Below, piece by piece: positions 58,891 through 64,000 of a stretch of 64,000 bases of DNA; the first letter of the stretch is position 1; every line of letters starts with the position of its first letter. The DNA is taken from assembly GCA_030647205.1 (NCBI GenBank), contig JAUSJO010000005.1:10523-74522 (forward strand), given 5' to 3'. The stretch is from a bacterium. Its GTDB lineage: Bacteria > Patescibacteriota > CPR2 > UBA1875 > JAJYID01. The notes beneath the pieces were generated by a model. It was given only the letters and a program-made list of their open reading frames with translations, did no database searches and was not told the DNA's origin. A program made the position numbers and the translations under genes.

Positions 58891-58927
58891 TTGCATATAT
58901 GTACAATCTGTCGTACAATAGCGACAA
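58891..58927 (+). promoter_or_regulatory. trmB promoter (TTGCAT-17-TACAAT) with an inverted repeat TGTCG-N8-CGACA overlapping the -10 box
   Basis: TTGCAT at 58891-96 and TACAAT at 58914-19. The inverted-repeat arms are 58909-13 and 58922-26. A direct repeat GTACAAT is at 58901-07 and 58913-19. Confidence 0.5.
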
Positions 58928-58947
58928 CACTTTAAAAAGAGGTTACA

Positions 58948-59730
58948 ATGATAGAAACATTATCAAAACTGGGATTATCAAAGAACGAAGCTCTAGTTTA
59001 TGCCGCTTTGATATCTCACTCTCCTGCAGGAGCTTCTTATTTATCCAAGAAATGTGCCTTAGCGAGAAGCAGTGTGTATACGGCGCTTGCAAGTTTGACC
59101 GCAAAAGGTCTTGTCGGAACATCGTATAAAAATGAAATAAAACAGTTTGTAGCTGAAGATTTAAGCGCTGTCAAAGAAATGCTTGAAAAAGAGAGGTTGG
59201 AAACGGAAAAAAGACTCCAGCTTTTTGAGAAGGAACAAAGCGCGCTTCAAATGCTAAAGGCCGATTGGCTCAAAGTGCCAAATATCGTTATATTTGAAGG
59301 CCAAGAAGGTCTTAAAAAGACGTATATGTCTATGATGCGACAAATAGAACCGGGTTCTGTAATGTATGTGATAAGAGATGAGTTTGTTTGGCATCCCTCG
59401 TGGCACTTCATTTTTGAGAAAGAGTGGCACAAAAAAGTAAAGAGCATCAAGGCAGAAAAAGATATTCAGACTAAGCTGTTGGTCAACGACTCGAAAGAAG
59501 AAAGGATTAACCAGGAACTTTATGAAAAAAGGAAGGGTCTTGCAGTTCGCTTTTTGCCAAAGGATGACAGGCTGGAAAAATTCGCCATATATATAAACAA
59601 AGACACTTTTGCGATGCTTTCATTTGAGAAAGGCAATATGGTCGGGGTAAAAATAACAAATAAAAACTTGGCAGAGAACAATATCAAGATTTTCAAGTCG
59701 CTTTGGGATAAGTCGAAGAAACTAAAATAA
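58948..59730 (+). CDS. trmB: TrmB-family transcriptional regulator
   Basis: N-terminal wHTH LGLSKNEALVYAALISHSPAGASYLSKKCALARSSVYTALASLTAKGLV. A C-terminal sensor-like domain follows. Confidence 0.65.
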   Translation: MIETLSKLGLSKNEALVYAALISHSPAGASYLSKKCALARSSVYTALASLTAKGLVGTSYKNEIKQFVAEDLSAVKEMLEKERLETEKRLQLFEKEQSALQMLKADWLKVPNIVIFEGQEGLKKTYMSMMRQIEPGSVMYVIRDEFVWHPSWHFIFEKEWHKKVKSIKAEKDIQTKLLVNDSKEERINQELYEKRKGLAVRFLPKDDRLEKFAIYINKDTFAMLSFEKGNMVGVKITNKNLAENNIKIFKSLWDKSKKLK

Positions 59731-59776
59731 TTTCAGCTTTGATATTTTCTCTGAAACCCTATACAATTAAACAGTA

Positions 59777-61036
59777 ATGAAGAAGTTAATTGCAAGCGCC
59801 TTAAAACGAAAACCGAAAGACCCCGTCTATGTCGCTCTCGACATTGGTACGGAGTTTGTTAAGGCTCTGGTTTTTAAGATCGAAAATGGCAAGGCTGTGG
59901 TGCGCGGAGTTGGCAGGCAGAGGCAGCGTCTCGGTGATATGCATGGCGGGGCGGTGACGGATATTTCCGGCTGTGTAGAAAACTGCGCCAAAGCGCTTGA
60001 TGTGGCTGAGGAGCAAGCGGGAATGATTTCCGACTATGCGGTTATAGGTATTGCCGGTGAACTGGTGAAGGGAACAACGACAACGGTTCATTATGAAAGG
60101 CTGAAGCCAAAAACGCGGATTGACTATAACGAACTCAAAAATATCGTGAATAAAGTTCAGTGGAAGGCTTTTGATGCTGCACGTCAGCAGCTTGCGTGGG
60201 AAACGGGGCATGAGGAAGTCGATGTGAAGCTGGTAAATGCATCTATAGTTGACGTTAAAATAGACGGCTACCGTGTGACAAATCCGATGGGTTTTCAGGG
60301 AAAAGATGTAAGCGTTGGGGTATTTAATGCTTTTGCGCCGCTTGTTCACCTCGGAGCGCTTCAAACTATCGCATCTGACCTAGATTTAGATTTACTTTCA
60401 ATCGCGGCTGAGCCGTATGCGGTAGCAAAAAGTGTTGGTAGTGAAGAGGCAGGCGAGTTCAGTGCGATATTTATAGATATAGGTGGCGGAACGTCAGACG
60501 TTGCCGTGGTTCGAAATGGCGGACTTGAAGGGACAAAGATGTTTGCCATCGGAGGTAGAAGCTTTACTAAAAGGCTTTCCCAGGTCTTAAATGTATCATT
60601 TGCCAAAGCCGAACAGATTAAACTAGCCTATTCTAAGGGCGATTTAGAAGAGAAGAGCGAGAAGCAGATTCGTGAAGCACTGGAAGCTGATGCCGAAGTT
60701 TGGCTTTCCGGAATAGAGCTTTCGCTCTCAGAGTTTTCAAATGTTGATCTTCTGCCATCGAGAATCATGCTTTGCGGAGGTGGTTCGGCACTTCCTGAGA
60801 TTAAAAAAGCGCTTGAAAAGTCAGGCTGGTACAAGGATTTGCCATTTGCAAAAAAACCGCAGGTGAGCTTTATAAGCCCAGATGAAGTAAATAATGTAAT
60901 AGATAAAACGGGTGAGATAAAAAATCAACAAGACATAACACCTATGGGTCTTGCAAATTTGGCTTTAAATATTGAAACCGAAGAAGACGTTTTGCCATCG
61001 ATCTTGTCAAAAGCCGTCAAGGTAATGCAGAACTAG
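59777..61036 (+). CDS. Actin-like ATPase, FtsA-like (could alternatively be a PilM-type protein)
   Basis: Segments VALDIGTEFVKALV, IGIAGE, IFIDIGGGTSDVAVV and IMLCGGGS. Length is 419 aa. Confidence 0.55.
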   Translation: MKKLIASALKRKPKDPVYVALDIGTEFVKALVFKIENGKAVVRGVGRQRQRLGDMHGGAVTDISGCVENCAKALDVAEEQAGMISDYAVIGIAGELVKGTTTTVHYERLKPKTRIDYNELKNIVNKVQWKAFDAARQQLAWETGHEEVDVKLVNASIVDVKIDGYRVTNPMGFQGKDVSVGVFNAFAPLVHLGALQTIASDLDLDLLSIAAEPYAVAKSVGSEEAGEFSAIFIDIGGGTSDVAVVRNGGLEGTKMFAIGGRSFTKRLSQVLNVSFAKAEQIKLAYSKGDLEEKSEKQIREALEADAEVWLSGIELSLSEFSNVDLLPSRIMLCGGGSALPEIKKALEKSGWYKDLPFAKKPQVSFISPDEVNNVIDKTGEIKNQQDITPMGLANLALNIETEEDVLPSILSKAVKVMQN

Positions 61037-61072
61037 TTTATGTTGAACGTTAAGTGTAGAATATAACAAACT

Positions 61073-62716
61073 ATGGAACGAAAAATATTATATTTAGAAA
61101 TCGATGAAGAGATAACCTCAGTTATCGACCGCTTGAAGAAAACGGCTGAGGCTGATATTCATTTGGTTGTGCCAAAGGAGGCTGCGCTTCTACAAAGTAT
61201 TGTTAATCTTAAGCTTTTAAAAAGACAGGCAGATACTTTAGGAAAACAAATCCAGATTATTACACATGACAAGGTTGGAAGAAACCTGGCTGAACAGGTT
61301 GGTATAAGCAGTGCATCAAGAGTGGGCGAAGAAGCGAAGATGCCCGTGGAACCGGTTCAAGAGCCTGAAGCAGAGATTCAATATAAAGAAAAAGAACCTG
61401 TGGTAGAGGAAACAAAAGAAGTAGTTTTCAAAAAAGGCGCGGTGCTTGATAAGAGCGAGAAAGAAAAGACGCCATATTTGCCGAAAGAGGAAGAACCAAA
61501 AGGCAAAGGTGTAGACAAAGACGTGCAGAAAAAGAAAATGAGCGAACTTTTGCCGAAATTTCCTCATAAAAAGTTCATTATCCTTGCTTCTGTCATCGGA
61601 CTCCTGCTCTTGATATTCCTTTATGTGTATATTCCAATGACGAATATCAAGATAAAGGTGCTCTCAGAGAAACAGGATATGAGCACCACCATAACAGTTG
61701 ATCAGAATACAAAAGAAGTGAACCAATCTTCTGATACTATTCCCGGAGATTTAATCACCGTGGACAAAACAGTAACGAAGAAATATCAGTCTACGGGAAA
61801 GAAAAATATCGGGGCAAAGGCGCAAGGGACTATAACCGTGAAAAATGCGTATAGCACACTTTCTCAGACTTTAGTTGCAGGGACCAGATTTGAGGCAAAT
61901 GGGCTTGTGTTTAGAACCCAGTCTGATGTTGATGTGCCGGGATATACAGATTCTGGTGGGGGAAATATTACACCTGGAACGGCCAATGTAAGCGCTATAG
62001 CAGATAGCGCGGGGGATCAATATAATATCTCATCGTCATCTTTTCGTATTCCTGCCTTTTCCGGAACGGCTAAGTATGACAAAATAACAGGTTCAACTGC
62101 CTCAGCTATGGCAGGAGGATCTACAAAAGAGGTAAAAGTGGTCAGCGCATCTGATATCTCTGATGCTAAAAAGGCCTTCGGTGATGATGCGAAGAATGAG
62201 ATTAAAAAAGAAGGTCAGGATAAGATGAAGCAAGACGAAACGTTGGGTGATAATGCTCAGAAAGTTACGGTCGGGACACTTTCTGTTTCAAAAAGTGCTG
62301 ACGATGAGGCAGACGACTTTACTGTTTCGGCGCCTACAACATTTAGGGGTCTTGCGTACAAAAAAGACGATCTTACAAAAGTTGTGTTTGAAGATTTCAA
62401 GAGTAAAACAGGGCCAAACAAGCAAATATTAGAAGATAAACTGGATGGTGCTGATGTAAGCTTTAATGACATTAACCTTGAGAAAGGGACTGCTTCTGGA
62501 GATGTCAAAGCATCGTTGCATCTAGGGACAAAGATAGATGAGCAAAAGCTAAAAGTTGAGATTAGTGGTCAAAGCGAACAAAAAGCAAGGGATTACATCA
62601 CGCATCTGGATGGTATTGACTCTGTAGACATGAGTTTCTTCCCGGGATTCTGGAAGAAGGTTTCACGACTAAAAAGCCATATATATATCAAAACGGAGTT
62701 CGCTGAGAAGCAGTAA
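61073..62716 (+). CDS. Bitopic protein of unknown function (cytoplasmic N-domain, one TM, large extracytoplasmic domain)
   Basis: 547 aa. TM helix FIILASVIGLLLLIFLYVYI at about residue 170. No recognisable domain. Confidence 0.4.
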   Translation: MERKILYLEIDEEITSVIDRLKKTAEADIHLVVPKEAALLQSIVNLKLLKRQADTLGKQIQIITHDKVGRNLAEQVGISSASRVGEEAKMPVEPVQEPEAEIQYKEKEPVVEETKEVVFKKGAVLDKSEKEKTPYLPKEEEPKGKGVDKDVQKKKMSELLPKFPHKKFIILASVIGLLLLIFLYVYIPMTNIKIKVLSEKQDMSTTITVDQNTKEVNQSSDTIPGDLITVDKTVTKKYQSTGKKNIGAKAQGTITVKNAYSTLSQTLVAGTRFEANGLVFRTQSDVDVPGYTDSGGGNITPGTANVSAIADSAGDQYNISSSSFRIPAFSGTAKYDKITGSTASAMAGGSTKEVKVVSASDISDAKKAFGDDAKNEIKKEGQDKMKQDETLGDNAQKVTVGTLSVSKSADDEADDFTVSAPTTFRGLAYKKDDLTKVVFEDFKSKTGPNKQILEDKLDGADVSFNDINLEKGTASGDVKASLHLGTKIDEQKLKVEISGQSEQKARDYITHLDGIDSVDMSFFPGFWKKVSRLKSHIYIKTEFAEKQ

Positions 62717-63117
62717 TGGGAAAGTTTATAGCACTCGACATTGGAGAAAAAAGAGTTGGAGTGGCCCATAGTGATGATATGGGGAGCTTCGCTTTCCCCC
62801 TTATGACGCTAAATGCTGACGAGAACATTGGCGCCGAGCTAGACAAAGTCATTCATGATGAAAAGCCTGAGAAGATAGTTGTGGGGCAGCCCCGTAATAT
62901 GGATGGAACGCTGGGGTTTCAGGCCGAAAGAGTGAAGGAATTTGTAAAAAAGTATCTTACGAGTTATGATACTTTGGTTGACTATGAAGATGAGTCGGTA
63001 ACTTCCATAGAAGCTGAAAAATTGATGAAAATGGAAGGCAAAGACCCTCGAAAGGAAAAAAGTCTAATAGATATGTACGCGGCAAAAATAATATTAGAAA
63101 GTTACTTAGAGAGATGA
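62716..63117 (+). CDS. ruvX: Holliday-junction resolvase-like YqgF/RuvX
   Basis: N-terminus MGKFIALDIGEKRVGVAHSD. Later segment IVVGQPRNMDGT. Start overlaps the previous stop. Confidence 0.85.
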   Translation: MGKFIALDIGEKRVGVAHSDDMGSFAFPLMTLNADENIGAELDKVIHDEKPEKIVVGQPRNMDGTLGFQAERVKEFVKKYLTSYDTLVDYEDESVTSIEAEKLMKMEGKDPRKEKSLIDMYAAKIILESYLER

Positions 63118-64000
63118 TGTTGAATACAAATTTTGTCCAGAAAGAAAAAAAATTGTGGATTGAAAAGAAGAGATTCTTTATTCCAATTATTTTTGTTGTT
63201 TTAATCTTTCTTGGTTCGATTTTTAGTGTATTCTATGTCGATACTCGGGTCAAAAAGCCCATGTCAGGGAGCGCCCAAGAAGTGCAGTTCACGGTTGTAA
63301 AAGGTGAAAGTACTACAGAAATCAGCAAAGATTTGGAACAAAAAGGTATTGTTCAAAACTCATTTATCTTTCTTTTGTACCTAAAATATAAGGGGCAGGG
63401 TACCTTAGTTCAGGCAGGTGACTACAAAATAGCCAAAAATCTGACAATGATTCAGGTACTGGATATCATTACTCAAGGCAAGATAACAAGCAGTAAAATT
63501 ACCTTTCCCGAAGGTTGGACGAATAAACAGATTGAGGAGGAAATAGTAAAAAAAGGTATTGGTAGTAGCGAGGATGCCAAAAATGCGATCAACAAAAAAT
63601 ATAACTACGATTTCCTGAAAGAAAGTCCAAGCGGCGATCTGCAGGGATTTCTCTTCCCGGATACTTACTTTGTATCATCAAGGCCGACTTCGCAAGAGGT
63701 GATAGATAAGATGCTAAAAGAGTTTTCGGATAAGGCTGACCAAAAGATCCGTGCCGGAGCGGGCAAACAAGGTTTAGACTATTATCAAATACTGACTCTT
63801 GCCTCGATCGTTGAGAGGGAAGTGACAAGCAGTGAGGATAAGAAAAAAGTGGCAAGTGTCTTTATAAACAGATTAAACATTGGTATGAAACTGGACTCCT
63901 GCGCTACGGTTGAATATGTTTTGGGCACAAATAAAAGGATTTTATCTGAAGATGATATCAGCATAGATTCTCCATATAATACATATAAAAATACAGGACT
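63114..64000 (+). CDS. mltG: Endolytic murein transglycosylase MltG (YceG family), 3'-partial
   Basis: ATGA overlap with ruvX. N-terminal TM helix. Segments QFTVVKGEST, AGDYKI, FPEGWTNKQI, LQGFLFPDTY and ASIVEREV. The gene runs off the end of the window. Confidence 0.75.
   Translation, partial: MMLNTNFVQKEKKLWIEKKRFFIPIIFVVLIFLGSIFSVFYVDTRVKKPMSGSAQEVQFTVVKGESTTEISKDLEQKGIVQNSFIFLLYLKYKGQGTLVQAGDYKIAKNLTMIQVLDIITQGKITSSKITFPEGWTNKQIEEEIVKKGIGSSEDAKNAINKKYNYDFLKESPSGDLQGFLFPDTYFVSSRPTSQEVIDKMLKEFSDKADQKIRAGAGKQGLDYYQILTLASIVEREVTSSEDKKKVASVFINRLNIGMKLDSCATVEYVLGTNKRILSEDDISIDSPYNTYKNTG

Noticed and set aside
1-64000. Alternative genetic code (UGA recoding, as in some candidate phyla)
   Set aside because: TGA cleanly terminates conserved proteins at their expected lengths (ruvX, rsmA), and no conserved gene needs read-through of an in-frame TGA.
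1-64000. tRNA or rRNA genes
   Set aside because: No intergenic region contains the T-loop GGTTCGAATCC-type signature or a cloverleaf-compatible arrangement. The only GTTCGA occurrences are inside CDSs.

Overview
The window is a low-GC (about 40%), gene-dense stretch of bacterial chromosome. Almost every gene is co-directional on the + strand from 1 to 55400. A short minus-strand block (55459-58834) carries CoA biosynthesis genes, and + strand genes resume at 58948. Many adjacent genes overlap at start/stop (ATGA, TAATG), and typical sigma70-type promoters and intrinsic terminators are readable. I see no rRNA, tRNA, CRISPR array, transposase or integrase.

The content and architecture resemble a small-genome, fermentative, probably host-associated lineage: an archaeal-type phosphoglycerate mutase, split coaB/coaC, a compact AlaS, a fused ADP-forming acetyl-CoA synthetase with a 4-subunit 2-oxoacid:ferredoxin oxidoreductase, giant surface proteins and many tandem paralogs. 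A Patescibacteria/CPR-like origin is my inference only.

The main blocks are:
- (i) glycolysis and fermentation genes tpiA, fba, ppsA, eno, apgM, pfkB, acd and porABGD;
- (ii) a surface module of two paralogous giant membrane-anchored proteins (2457 and 1588 aa) with LVIVD beta-propeller repeats and phage-tail-fibre-like repeats, followed by a small membrane protein and a membrane-anchored ClpA/B-like double AAA+ ATPase whose first Walker B motif is degenerate; this is the most interesting candidate for an undescribed system;
- (iii) housekeeping and translation genes pcrA, an rpfB-like gene, ksgA, acyP, rsmI, metG, tatD, alaS, ruvX and mltG;
- (iv) a sulfur module with a Phd/YefM-like gene, iscS, iscU, then a cvpA-CAP fusion and a DUF218 gene, then trxA and mnmA;
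- (v) a minus-strand CoA operon, coaE-coaD-(transglutaminase-like gene)-coaB-coaC;
- (vi) trmB, an ftsA-like gene and a bitopic protein of unknown function.

Other regulatory candidates are an ORF-free 534-bp region with a consensus promoter, an alaS leader with its own promoter and terminator, and an inverted repeat over the trmB -10 box.
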